DNA of 64,000 nt from Antedon mediterranea (GCF_964355755.1 NC_092674.1:3906001-3970000), one strand, 5' to 3'. Shown: positions 1-12,627, counted from the stretch's first letter. Numbers and translations are program-made. The notes: generated by a model not told the origin, from the letters alone.

Positions 1-2385
1 AGTCATGCTTATCAACAAATTGAGCTTGACGAGGAGTCACAAAAACTAACAACAATCAACACAACAAAGGGGTTGTTTGTTTACACCAGGATGTGTTATG
101 GTATCTCATCAGCACCCGGTATATTCCAACGCTTGATGGAACAAATCGTACAAGGAATTCCGAAGATTGCAGTGTACTTAGACGATGTGTTAGTGACAGG
201 AGCTTCGCAGGAAGAAGCCAACGCAAACTTAATGCTTGTCCTAACTAGACTTCAAAATGCAGGACTACGCCTAAAGCGAGAAAAGTGTACGTTTATGCAG
301 GAGTCATGTGTGTATCTAGGGCATAAACTAGATGCTGAAGGGGTACACCCAACTAAAGAGAAAGTTCAGGCAGTGGCACAGGCACCTATCCCAAAGAACA
401 CTTCAGAGCTGAAAAGTTACTTGGGTATGATAAATTATTATCATCGATTCTTGCGAAACCTCAGCACTGCTTTGGCACCACTAAATAATCTTCTGCGCAA
501 AGATGTCAAATGGAAATGGGGCGCAAACGAACAGAGAGCATTTGAGTTGTCGAAGAACATGCTACAATCTTCTCAAGTAATTATCCATTACAATCCAGCC
601 CTACCATTACTCCTCAGCTGTGATGCATCACCATACGGCATTGGCGCTGTGCTGTCTCATAGAATGCCTGATGGGATGGACAAGCCTGTAGCTTTCGCAT
701 CTCGATCTCTTTTGAAGGCAGAAGCAAACTATGCCCACATTGAGAGAGAAGGGCTAGCAATCATTTTTGGAATTACAAAGTTCCTGTATGGTAGAGAATT
801 CATCATCCAGACAGATCACAAGCCACTGTTAGGCTTATTAAAAGAAGACAAACTAGTATCAAGTATGGCTAGTGCAAGGATCCAAAGATGGGCCTTGAAA
901 TTGGCCAATTATGACTATAAATTACAGTACAAGCCTGGTACCCAAAACGGCAATGCAGATGGTCTCAGTAGACTGCCGTTGGCCACTGTGCCAGCTACTG
1001 TTCCTGTTCCAGAGGAAATTGTGCTCTCAATGAACTTGCTGAACAATACTCCAGTGACAGCACCGCAGATAGCGAAATGGACAGCAAGAGATCCATTGTT
1101 GTCTGCAGTTCTTAAATATACACTCCAAGGTTGGCCTTCCGGGGTGGGAGAAGAATTCAAAATGTACCATCGCAAGAAGAGTGAACTTTCCACACAGAAA
1201 GGATGTTTACTTTGGGGTTCAAGAGTGATAATCCCAGCTCAAGGCCGAGAAATACTACTGTCAGAATTACATGAAAGCCATCCTGGCATTGTACGTATGA
1301 AATCATTGGCAAGAAGTTATATTTGGTGGCCTAATCTTGACATGGACATAGAAATTACTGTTCGGGGATGCCCTACTTGTCAGCAGTACGGGAAAGCACC
1401 ACCAAAAGCAAATCTGCATCCATGGGAGTGGCCAGGGAAACCCTGGTATCGCATACATATTGATTATGCAGGCCCGTTTGAAGGGAAAATGATACTAGTT
1501 ATAGTTGATGCTCATAGCAAGTATATCGATGCACACATTATGGCATCAAGCACAACATCAGCTACCTTAATCAAGTTACGTCAAACCTTTGCAACTCATG
1601 GTGTGCCATGGAGTCTAGTATCAGACAATGGTACCCCGTTTACCAGCCACGAGTTCCAGACCTTTTGCAAAAATAATGGTATTAAACATATCTGTAGCTC
1701 ACCATACCATCCAGCTAGTAATGGTCTAGCGGAACGAGCTGTGCAAACTGTGAAAGAGGGGTTAAAGAAAACTGTAGGTGAGGACATGGAGTCAAGATTA
1801 TATAGATTCCTGGCAAAATACAGACTAACACCACAGTCAACTACTGGTCAGTCACCAGCAGAATTACTAATGAAAAGACGTCCTAGGTCGCGACTTGACT
1901 TAGTTTGCCCTAATATGGAGAACCATGTACTGGATAAACAAGCTACAATGATAGCAGGACGAGAAACGCATGAGAGATCATTTTATGAGGGAGACTCAGT
2001 ATGGGTAGTGAACTTTGCTGGTAAACCAAAATGGTTACCTGGTGTGCTTCAACATCAGTTAGGTCCAGTTTCCTTTAACGTACATTTGGACGATGGCCGT
2101 GAATGGCGTCGACACATTGACCACATTCGAAAGCGGTTTCCGGAAGAGAAAGTTAGTAGACCGCCTGAAATTACAGAGCAGACTACAATCAACTTACCAG
2201 TTCAAACTGAAGAAATACTACCGCACCAGCTAACACCAAACCAAACAACTATGGAACAGTCTTCAATCAACCCTAATGATTTATCAGATACTGTACCTAA
2301 ACCTACAACTACAGCTAATTCACCAGAATTGGAACCTCGCAGATCAGGAAGAATTCGCAAGGCTCCTGACAGATTAGATTTGTGA
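1..2385 (+). CDS. pol: Ty3/Gypsy pol polyprotein, 3' part (RT - RNase H - integrase); 5' end lies outside the window
   Basis: RT motif YLDD; RNase H motifs CDAS..GIGAVL and TDHKPL; integrase Zn finger H-x2-H...C-x2-C (HESHPG..CPTC) and DDE core (HIDY, SDNG, AER). Gypsy domain order. Open over the whole length; KFLYGR seems ~3 aa shorter than the usual KFHxYLYGR. Confidence 0.97.
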   Translation, partial: SHAYQQIELDEESQKLTTINTTKGLFVYTRMCYGISSAPGIFQRLMEQIVQGIPKIAVYLDDVLVTGASQEEANANLMLVLTRLQNAGLRLKREKCTFMQESCVYLGHKLDAEGVHPTKEKVQAVAQAPIPKNTSELKSYLGMINYYHRFLRNLSTALAPLNNLLRKDVKWKWGANEQRAFELSKNMLQSSQVIIHYNPALPLLLSCDASPYGIGAVLSHRMPDGMDKPVAFASRSLLKAEANYAHIEREGLAIIFGITKFLYGREFIIQTDHKPLLGLLKEDKLVSSMASARIQRWALKLANYDYKLQYKPGTQNGNADGLSRLPLATVPATVPVPEEIVLSMNLLNNTPVTAPQIAKWTARDPLLSAVLKYTLQGWPSGVGEEFKMYHRKKSELSTQKGCLLWGSRVIIPAQGREILLSELHESHPGIVRMKSLARSYIWWPNLDMDIEITVRGCPTCQQYGKAPPKANLHPWEWPGKPWYRIHIDYAGPFEGKMILVIVDAHSKYIDAHIMASSTTSATLIKLRQTFATHGVPWSLVSDNGTPFTSHEFQTFCKNNGIKHICSSPYHPASNGLAERAVQTVKEGLKKTVGEDMESRLYRFLAKYRLTPQSTTGQSPAELLMKRRPRSRLDLVCPNMENHVLDKQATMIAGRETHERSFYEGDSVWVVNFAGKPKWLPGVLQHQLGPVSFNVHLDDGREWRRHIDHIRKRFPEEKVSRPPEITEQTTINLPVQTEEILPHQLTPNQTTMEQSSINPNDLSDTVPKPTTTANSPELEPRRSGRIRKAPDRLDL

Positions 2386-2627
2386 ACATTGTTATTTTGC
2401 GCGTTGTTGTATGCAATCTGTTGTGGACTAATAATTGAACGTTTGATTGCATTTGATGAACAGTTGTTTTGATGATCATCACAGATTTATGATACTAATA
2501 ATTACACTACAAAGTAATGATATTGATAATTGATGTTTCGCAAATAACTTTTAGTATAACCATGTTTTAAATATTGCTCATTTTAACAGACTTTATATTA
2601 TAACCCATATCATATCATATCAAATCT

Positions 2628-2780
2628 AAAAAAGGAGGAATGTTTGTATTACAGCGCTAGCTGTCACGTGACACATGACACGTTGTTGTTTTAGTTATAT
2701 CGTTATACGATCGAGTGATCCAATTAAAGTTTATTGTTTAAAGAGCTGTTTTTAGTAGTTTATTGTTTCCGAACATCACA
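2628..2780 (+). mobile_element. Polypurine tract (2628-2640) and short 3' LTR (~2641-2780) of the Gypsy element
   Basis: AAAAAAGGAGGAA directly followed by TGTTTG; ATTAAA inside; CA termini at 2775 or 2780. The 5' LTR is not in the window, so the end cannot be confirmed. Confidence 0.75.
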
Positions 2781-4463
2781 TGTATTCAGGCCTATTGATT
2801 GCAGTTCTTCCAGTAAATAAATAGAATTTAATCACCATCCATGGCAAAATGTTACACGGTGATTTGAAAAATGTACTAAACTATAACAGGCTCACGATTC
2901 CACAACAGCACGAAATAGTCTAAGAATGCGCCTAATGAAAAATAGTTTGGTTTCGTCCTATAATAATATATCCACTGAAATGTCTGTTCTACATAAAAGT
3001 TCACGATAAGAATATTTCCAAAATCAAAGAAATAGGTTATTGGAATTTGATACCATACATTCTCTAAATCACATCATTTTAGGGTATTCATGATGTCGCC
3101 CAGTGGTTTAAAGGCTATAATTTTTTGTCACATAAAGTTTGACTTGTGTAGACTTTTTAAATTGTTTTTTATGTTTGTTTTGATGCCCCAAACAAATTGC
3201 TTTTTATTATTTATATCAAAGATTTGGCCTGCACTTGTAAACACTAAAATATGATGCTTTAATGAATGCCTCAAATTTAATCATTTTTAATAACGATTTT
3301 AACGTTATCTTTTTTGGTCTTCCTTCCTACTTATTTTTGTTCTCTAAATAACTAAAAGAAAGATGGAAAAATAAACTGATTGGTAAATTAATGTTAAAAA
3401 AAATCTTACCTTCGTTCATTATCCTCTACAATCAAAACAGATACTGTTCTATTGTCTGTTTTAATGTCAATTTTATAGTTTAGTGTTATAGGCTACGCAT
3501 TGTATTGTATTGTGTATCAGGGAAGAGTAATGTAACTCCTTCCTGGTAATATCAAGTTCCATCCTAACAATTGGCGCAATCCGGTGTTTCACTGCGAGTA
3601 CGGTCATTTGGACAACGGTAATATAATAAAAATAAATGACATCTGTTACCATACCATTTCCACGGAGATTATATTTAGTTATATAAATCTATGAATTGAG
3701 TGAATATACAATAGGTACATCAATGACTGGAAATTACATCGTTGCATGTGTTGCAGTTGTTGAAAATCAAACAAATAGAAATCACCACCCCCCTCCCCAC
3801 CCTAATATTTTGCATTTCATTCTGTAGAATGTTAGTACAGGTACTACTATAAAAACGAAACAAGTAACAGAAATCTATTCCATCCGGTAATAAAGAAGTG
3901 TAATAACAGTTTATTCAAAGACATTGTATTCACATTGTTTGATCATTACAGTACAGTATTATGTCTTTACTATATACCTTTTGTTCGCCCTTCATATAAT
4001 GTTTTTTGTTCAGTACTTTCCTTGAATGATTATGCCTAACTTAGGCAAGGAATTAATGAGTAACTACTAATTTATTGATTTGATGACACTACAGATTTAC
4101 AGATAAATTGATTTATGTAAAGATTGCCAAGCCCACTTACCCATCCTAAACAAATACTTTACCTACCTAAAAACACAATGTACAAGCACTTCTTAGTTAT
4201 AATTAATTCCTAAAGGATGCACTACTTTTGTTATGTAAAACAATGAAAATAATTATAATTGATAAAATTACATTGGGGTAGGTAGAAGTACAAATTGTAA
4301 TGATATCATTTGCTGTCAAACTTGTAATAGTCTAAATATTTAAGATTGTGGGAGAGAAACCCGGACACCACCCTTTTTCTGGCTTCACACTTGTTTATTC
4401 CAACCTCCAATGCTCAAACATTGATATAGATCCTCCCACGTCTTAGGCCTACCTAATCAGCTC

Positions 4464-6233
4464 TTATCGTTTTTTCTTTTTCTTACTTTTCGGAACATCT
4501 TGACTACAGCTTCTTTTATTTGGGTTAGTTTTTGTTATCAGTTTAGAAGCTACATGGTGCAGATTTATGTCATTAAGATCTTTAATAATTTCTTTCGCAC
4601 CATCAGCAAATACATTCTTTGTTTTTTCAAGATGCATGATTAAAGACCATTGGTCTGTATACGCATTCTGCGGCACTTCATACACATCTCCCACTCGTTT
4701 TGCCTCATCTTTTGAAAGTGCTTTCCCGAGTCCCATCAGTTGTTGTCGATAGGCCGAGAATGACGTGATTTTGCCGTCTTTGTTTGCGTCACTGAGTAGT
4801 TTTACATCCTCTAAAACTCCACGGGTATCTGTCACTTTCACCATGTCGATTAGAACTTTGTAGTTTGTACGCGTAAGATCTCCACAAACCTTCAAAGTAT
4901 CGAACAAGCTGGATACGTATTTGTGTTCTTCTCTAAATTCTCTTGTATAATGTCCTTGAACAGCAGTCTCAGCATGGTTATTTTGTCTCTGTCTTGGTAC
5001 CATTGTGATGTCTTTGACAGCATGACATTAAACTCCTTGGATTCTAACTCTAAAGAAAGTGAACGGATTTATGTTGTGATGTGACGTAACTAATTGGAAC
5101 AGGTTACTTATTGTAGGCCTTTTTGGAGAAATAAATTAAATACTAATACAAATAGGTAGCCCTCTATTCATTATAAAACGTAATTAACTGTAAACGGAAT
5201 GGTAGACTACCTTTAGGTGCTGATGTCACATCTTCGTTCAGATCTGCTAAAACATAAATAAAATGTTGTCATCACTGAATATTTCAAACTTTAAAATAAA
5301 CATAGGCCAACAATAAAAAAAAGTTTAGCAGTAAAATATGAATTATTTAATCAATCTAGTTTACCTTGTGTTGCTGTTGACGTCGATTGTGATTGTTCTC
5401 TAATCTCTATAAGTGTTGACAGATTAGCTGAAATAATAACATTTATATCTAAATAAATAATACATTTCTACCATGCTAAATACACCTTGCATGGAGCAAG
5501 GAACTATTCACATTGCCTCTGGTAGAGAAATTAATTGTTTGAGCACATATCAATCAAAATCAATCAACCAAAATCATTAGTTACTCACCAAATTAGAAAA
5601 AAGTACAACCTACGTCCGTACAAAATATAAAAAATATTCGTTAACAAAAAAGGTGTTCTAGTTATACGTATATAAGTAGATTATGTTAAATTAAAGATAA
5701 ATGTTGTTTTATACACACCTAATTTTTTCTTTGCTGTTGAGTTGAGGTTACCTGCAAACCGTTTTATCTTCACTTCTGTAGAGTCTAATCGTTCCTGTTT
5801 CTCCAGGTGGAATACCAGATCCCAGATATTGTCAAAGCCTTTGTGACTTAGTTTGTAGAAAGCACGTAATTTGCGCAAATCGTCATCTCCCACTGCCATC
5901 AGAGCTTTATACAATGCTTTTCGATAAGGTGAAAGTCCTTTTCCCCTTTTAGCATCGTTGGTGTAGTCTTTTATGGCATCTTTAGCTGACTGCAAATTTG
6001 TCACTTCGGCAATTTCTGATAGAAGGTTTATTTCGGTGTATTTTATGTCACCAGATTCTTGGAGTTTATTGAATAAATCCAACCCATCGATATCTTTACG
6101 GTCTAACAGTGAGAGAGGTAGGAAATCATAAAGAAGAAATCTTAACAAACTGAATTTATCACCTTCATATTCGTTATTAAGATCTCTAAAAAATTCTGTA
6201 AAGCGATCTTCATGTGCCTGTTCATCTCCCATT
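4464..6233 (-). CDS. Multi-DED gene copy A; +5 frameshift in the last exon (predicted 256-aa two-DED product, or a young pseudogene)
   Basis: Exons 6233-5719 (tandem DED, ATG at 6232), 5427-5365, 5246-5211 and 5049-4464, all AG/GT and phase 1. DED hallmarks LRFLLYD, LDLFNKL..GDI, NLLSEI and LSPYRKALY (cf. caspase-8 ISAYRVMLY). At ~4931-4940 TCTAAATTC replaces the TGCA of copy C, giving TGA at 4894-4892. Confidence 0.8.
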
Positions 6234-6762
6234 CTGTCTGATAATAAAATAAATTGATAAAAGTGATAAGTTGGCTAGAAAAATATCTGAATCACCTTGT
6301 ACGAGGGTTGCTAGTCCTGGTAATGGTGCAAGACCTTCCGAATTTACTATTAATGCAATTTCTGCCAGATAGAAACCAAATTTACACATAAACTTTGTCT
6401 ATTTAGAAGGAATTCTGGATATAATTTGCCAGTATGTCACTTTGTTATCTAGTATTGGAACTGCCACGCCTATTATAAAATATACAAAAGAGCTTACGGT
6501 AGCACATTGTCCCATAGATTTATCCAAAAGATAGATACTAATTTGTTTCAAAATAATATTGTTGAGATATGCATTAACTGGCTGTGCGTAACGACGAATG
6601 GGGAGCTTATGTCATTGAAATATGCAACAGGCACAATTAAATAAGTCATTATTTCTTTTATTAATTAGGCCTAGTATTATCCTTGGTTATAATGCTGAAT
6701 TATCTTTTGTCGTTCGGGTACAAACTACAGTCTCTCAACTACTAGTTTTATTTATTTCTTAC

Positions 6763-6810
6763 CTTATAGTTGTTTATCCAACACAACCAAAAAGAAAATG
6801 GCGCCCTTCA
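6763..6810 (-). promoter_or_regulatory. Putative short non-coding first exon / core promoter of copy A (YY1-like motif plus splice donor)
   Basis: Minus-strand GCGCCATTTT (6804-6795) followed ~30 nt later by AAG|GTAAG (donor at 6762). Same layout at 17420 and 53105. Confidence 0.55.
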
Positions 6811-6859
6811 GCTATTTTTAATATGCTAGCCTACATTAACAATAGGTACGTCGATATTA

Positions 6860-7356
6860 GAGAGGTTTCGCAATCTTACGAATACGATAACGAAAACGGA
6901 TACGTCACGCACACGTATTCGTTTTCGTAAGCCATAAAAAAATCTATTTCGCATGGCAACGAAATATTGAGGCGCGCGTCCAATAAATTTGAGCGAAGCG
7001 CAGGTACGTGTTGCTTGGTGCTTGGCTGCCTAGGCCTAGCGTAACATCAAAGCGAGTGAGGACTTTAAAAACTGCTATTTATCAAAATTGACTTGGCATT
7101 TTAGTAAATTACTTTAGTAAATTACTTTCAATAAATCTATAATTATATTATAATCATGAATCATTCCTGATTCAAATGCAAAATGTGCAAAATAGATCAA
7201 AAACTATACTCGTTTTGTAGTTACGAATATGACTGGTGATATTCGTCAAAACACGAATACGCATTACGAATATGAAATGGGGATCAGCTCAAAAGTTTCA
7301 CAAATGTGTGACGTATCCGTTTTCGTTATCGTATTCGTATGGTTGCGAAACCTCCC
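6860..7356. mobile_element. MITE with ~50-bp TIRs flanked by TA
   Basis: GAGAGGTTTCGCAATCTTACGAATACGATAACGAAAACGGATACGTCAC ... GTGACGTATCCGTTTTCGTTATCGTATTCGTATGGTTGCGAAACCTCCC; TA on both sides. Confidence 0.88.
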
Positions 7357-10134
7357 TATTGTTTTTCTCGGAAACTACAGCGTTATATTAATAACACATC
7401 AAAGAGAATGAAACAACGACAATAGAGCGTGTGCAGAATCGACGTTTCTCTCCTTTCAGTGTGTCTATTTTGCCCATCTACAAGTCAAAACAAATGTAAC
7501 ATGTAATACATTTATGTGGACGTTAATATTTGTTATGAGCTATTTAGTGTATATTATTTGATTGTTTTTTTACTACTGTACTTTAACTAGTTGAACTGTA
7601 AATAAACTGAACACTAGGCATATTTATTACAACGAGATCTTTATCTATGGTTCATATAGGATTTCCTTCCTGAAAAAAAAATCATCAAATAAACTTGACA
7701 GAGGAAATAACGCATTATGGTCAAGTTAAATGTTCTTATTTGATGCAGATTGTGGAGGCTCTTTTGAGAGATAAACCGCCCCTTTCTCAAATAATTTTTA
7801 TTCCAATGCAGCAATGCCCCCCAACCCCCATCCAATTGTTCCGATTGTCGTCATAACTATTCAGAATAATTACGGCAATACATTGTACAGTCTGTTCGTT
7901 TGTCCTTCGTATTGTTCGTTTTTTTCTGTTCGAATTATACGTTTGTTATTTAATTACTGTAGGGCCTACTGTTTTTGGTGGCCAGCCCTTCTCAAGTTTT
8001 TCTTCTTTTTCGCCCGGCCCTCTTAATTTTCTGTACATACAGTAAGTGATTTAATTGTTATTGTTGAGAAAAGAGAAAATAATTTGAATGAATAAATAAA
8101 AGCAATTTGAATCATAGAATAAATAATTTATAGAACAAACAGTAAATATAGGAATTGTACATAAAACGTTATTCATAAAATAATATTTATTTTCACAACA
8201 TGAATGTGATGTCAGTTTAACTAACACTATCTTTACATTATACAATTCATGAGGACATTTCTACGTAATCCCCGCAAAAGAACTCATCTGACAAGGGCCA
8301 TCATTCACAATCCGTATAGGGTAATTAAATGTACAGTATAGGGGAAATGTATGAGGATTCTTTCTATCGATGTATGTATGATCATAACATTAAATCACGT
8401 GTACAAAATTACAAGATCTAAATCCTGTTCTCTAATATCTTAAAACGCATCATTCATACAAAATTATCTTTCTCTATGTATCTATTGCATAAAACCCAGG
8501 AAAATGGAGCCGTAAGAAGAATAAATTGGTACGGCCATCTGATAAGAAACAAAGAAAATATGGACTAAAATGATACACGGTGATTTGAAAAATGTACTAA
8601 ACTATAACAGGCTCACGATTCCACAACAGGAATAATTGGCTGGAAATAGTAGAATGCGCCTAATGAAAAATAGTTTGGTTTCGTCCTATAATTATATGTC
8701 TATTGAAATGTCTGTTCTACATAAACGTTTACGATAAGAATATTTCTAAATTAAAAGAAACACGTTATTGGAATTTGATACCTCTAACTCACATCATTAG
8801 GGTATTCATGATGTCGCTGATAAAATAAAATATTTTTTTCAACGTACAACTTGTTCATTTTTGTTTTTTATGCTTGTTTTGGTGTCCCACACAAGGCTCA
8901 TTGCGTTTTATTATTTATATAAATGATTTGGCCTACACTTGTAAACACTAAAATATTATACTTTATTATGAATGCCTAAAATTTAATAATTTTTAATAAC
9001 GATTTTAACGTTCTCTTTTTTGGTCATCCTTCCTACTTATATTTTTGTTCTCTAAATAACTAAAAGAAAGATGGAAAAATAAACTGATTGGTAAATTACT
9101 GTTAACAAACTCTTACCTTCGTTCTTTATCCTCTACAATCAAAACAGTTCTATTGTCTGTTTTAATGTCATTTTTATAGTTTAGTGTTGTACGCATTGTA
9201 TTGTAATATCAGGGAAGAGTAATTGAACTCCTTCCTGGTAATATCAATATCAATTTAATGTTCCATAGTAACAATTGGCGCAATCCGGTGTTTCACTGCG
9301 AGTACGGTCATTTGGACAAAGGTAATATAATTTAAAAAATGACATCTGTTACCATGCCATTTCCACGGAGATTATATTTAGTTATATAAACTAAACTGTT
9401 GAAAATCGAAACAAATAGAAATCACCATGGCAACTTCGATCCCAATGCTTAGATTGGTCGATTCACATAATATACTTTTAAAAGTAAATTATATTGTGTT
9501 ACTCTTGAAATATACATTATATATATCCCTGAGATATTTTGCATTTAATTCTGTAGAATTTTAGTACCACTATAAAACAAGTAACAGAAAGCTATTCGAT
9601 CCGGTAATACAGAAGTGTAATAACATTTTATTCAAAGACATTGTATTCACATTGTTTGACCGGTACAGTATTTTGTCTTTACATTATTATACTTTTTGTT
9701 AGCCCTTCATATAATGTGATTGTTCAGTACTTTCCTTGAATGATTGTGCCTAACTTAGGCAAGGAATTAATGAGTAATTACTAATTTATTGATTTGATGA
9801 CACATATATAGATTGAGAGATAAATTGATTTATGTAAAGATTGCCAAACCCACTTACCCATTCTAAATAAATACTTTTAAAATAACTACTTAAAAAGCAC
9901 TTCTTACGTTACAATTAATTCCTAAAGGATGCACTACTTTTATTATGTAAAACAAAGAAAATAATAATAATTGACATATTGTTATGTACTTCAAACTTGT
10001 AATAGCCTAAATCTATTTAAAAAACCCGGACCCTCACCCTTTGTCTAGCTTCACACTATTCCTACCTCCAACCACTCAAACATTGATCTAGATCTTCTCC
10101 CCCCCCCTCCCTGCTTACCCAAGCTTGATTTCTC

Positions 10135-11756
10135 TTATCGTTTTTTCTTTTTCTTACTTTTCGAAACATCTGGACTACAGCTTCTTTTATTTGTTGTTAT
10201 TAGTTTAGAAGCTACATGGTGTAGACCTATATCTTTAAGGTCTTTAATAATTTCTTTCGCACCATCAGCAAATACATTCAGACCATTGATCTGTATACGC
10301 ATTCTTCGACACTTCATACACATCTCCCACTCGTTTTGCTTCATCTTTTGAAAGTGCTTTCCCGAGTCCCATCAGTTGTTATCGATAGGCCGAGAATGAT
10401 GTGATTTTGCCGTCTTTGTTTGCGTTACTGAGTAGTTTCACATCTTCTACAACTCCACGGGTATCTGTCACTTTCACCATATAAGATCTCCACAAACCGT
10501 CAAGGCATCGAACAAGCTGGATACGTCTTTCTGTTCTTCTGCATCTTGTATAATGTCCCTGAACAGCAGTCTCAGCATGGTTATTTTGTCTCTGTTTTGG
10601 TACCGTTGTGATGTCTTTGACAGCATGACATTAAACTCCTTGGATTCTAACTTTAAAGAAAGAGAACGGATTTATGTTGTGATGTGACATAACTAATTGG
10701 CACAGGTTACTTATTGTAGGCCTATATTGGAGAAATAAATTAAATACTAATACGAATAGGTATCCCTCTATTCATTATAAACGTAATTAAAACTGTTAAA
10801 CGGAATGGTAGACTACCTTTAGGTGCTGATGTCACATCTTCGTTCAGATCTGCTAAAACAAAAATAAAATGTTGTTATCACTGAATATTTCAAATTTTAA
10901 AATAAACATAGGCCTACAATAAAAAAAGTTTACCTTGTGTTGCTGTTGACATCGATTGTGATTGTTCTCTAGGGTCTGTAAGTTTTGACAGATTAGCTGA
11001 AATAATAACATTTATATCTAAATAAATAATACATTTCTGTCATGCTAAATACACCTTGCATGAAGCAAGGAAATATTCACATTGCTTCTGGTAGAGAAAT
11101 TAATTGTTTGAGCACATATCAATCAAAATCAATCAACCAAAATCATTAATTACTCACCAAATTAGAAAAAAAGTACAACGTACTGTACAAAATATAAAAA
11201 ATACGCGTTACCAAAAGAGGTGTTCTTACACGAGTTGTACGTTCAGATAACTGAATTATGTTAAATTTAAGATAAATGTTGTTTTATACACACCTATAGT
11301 TTTTTTGCTGTTGAGTTGAGGTTACTTGCAAACCGTTTTATCTTCACTTCTAATCGTCCCTGGTTCTCCAGGTGGAATACCAGATCCCAGATATTGTCAA
11401 AGCCTTTGTGACTTAGTTTGTAGACATCAGAGCTTCATACAATGCTCTTCGATAAGGCGAAAGTCCTTTTTCTCCTTTTAGGAGCATATTTGGTGTACTC
11501 ATCTATTACATTTTTGCTAATTGCAAATGTGTCATTTCTGACAGAAGGTGTATTTCGGTAACATTTATGTAGCCAGACTCTTTGAGTTCATTGAATAAAT
11601 CAAACTTAGTGATATCTTTACGGTCTAACATTGAGAGAGGTAGGACATCATAAAAAAGGAATCTTAACAATAGAAATTTATCACCAGGATATACGTCATT
11701 AAGATCTTTAAGAAATTCTTTAAAGCGATCTTCGTTTTCCTGTTCATTTTGCATTT
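10135..11756 (-). pseudogene. Multi-DED gene copy B, pseudogene
   Basis: Exon homologues 11756-11294, 10996-10934, 10852-10817 and 10652-10135. Several deletions and frameshifts in both DED exons; last-exon acceptor AG>AA; CAA>TAA at 10381-10379; still ends SKSKKKKKR. Confidence 0.88.
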
Positions 11757-12354
11757 CTGTTAAAACAATGGAAAGTGATGACAAACTTTATAAGGTTAAT
11801 ACATCTAGGCATACGAGTCATTGATGAAAAGTTGCCAGTCTGGTGATGTGTAAAGGTGAAATGTCTGGAATGTTATAACATTATCATTAAGATAACGCTT
11901 TAAGGCAAGGGGCATCTTATAATCAGCCGATTATGCTACTGAATCGGGTCTTATAATAATATAATCGAGTTTATAACCCATTGTAAATCTAACAATATCC
12001 ACAATAAGCCAACCCCCGCAAGCTCAAGGAGGTAAAGTATTACCAGCATATAAGTCATTTAGATTTCGAAATCCTATATAGCGATCTTCGTTGTCCTGTT
12101 CATTTTCCATTTCTGTTAGAACAGTGGAAAGTGATGGTAAACTTTATGAATTGGTTAATACATCTAGTACGAGTCATTGATTAGAGTTTCCAGTCTGGCG
12201 ATGTGTAAAGGTGAGTCTGCAATGTTATAACATTATCATTAAGATAACACTTTAAGGCAAGGGGCATCTTATAATAATATAATCGAGTTTATAACCCATT
12301 GTAAAATTAACAATGTCCACAATAAGTCAACCAGCAAGCGCAAGGAGGTAAAGT
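11725..12354. repeat. Local tandem duplication (~11725-12040 vs ~12081-12354) of the start of the copy B DED exon plus upstream intron
   Basis: GCGATCTTCGTT.TCCTGTTCATTTT.CATTTCTGTT ... CAAGGAGGTAAAGTA occurs twice. Confidence 0.85.
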
Positions 12355-12627
12355 AAAGAGACATATACAATGAAGCAATTATACAATATCTTGCAAAAAA
12401 AGAAATAAATGAATATTTTTGTTCGTTGAAAAAAACTACGATAATTATTTAGGCCTATAATTCTCATTGTTGCCGTTTACTAGATTAACTTCTAGTAAAC
12501 ATCATTAAAGTACATGGCCCAATGTTATGGAACCACATCTGTAAATATCATCTTCTAAATGCTACTGCTACTCAAACGACTCTTCATTGAAAACCCAAGC
12601 AAACACCCAATATATTTCAAAGTATAT

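Larger units (their letters stand above)
2845..11760. repeat. Tandem segmental duplication: ~2845-6240 vs ~8570-11760 (gene body plus 3' flank); a third copy of the gene part at ~25080-27590
   Basis: Long collinear near-identity, e.g. TACACGGTGATTTGAAAAATGTACTAAACTATAACAGGCTCACG at ~2853 and ~8574, with shared introns and mini-exons. Confidence 0.92.

Noticed and set aside
2940-2960. ISRE-like AGTTTGGTTTC motifs (also ~8672, ~17010)
   Set aside because: Imperfect match, and the recurrence is explained by segmental duplication; not enough to call regulatory.
4464-5003. 179-aa ORF starting MVPRQRQNN as a standalone gene
   Set aside because: Its N-terminus is the wrong frame upstream of the +5 indel; the true frame is shown by copy C (MLSKTSQWYQ...).
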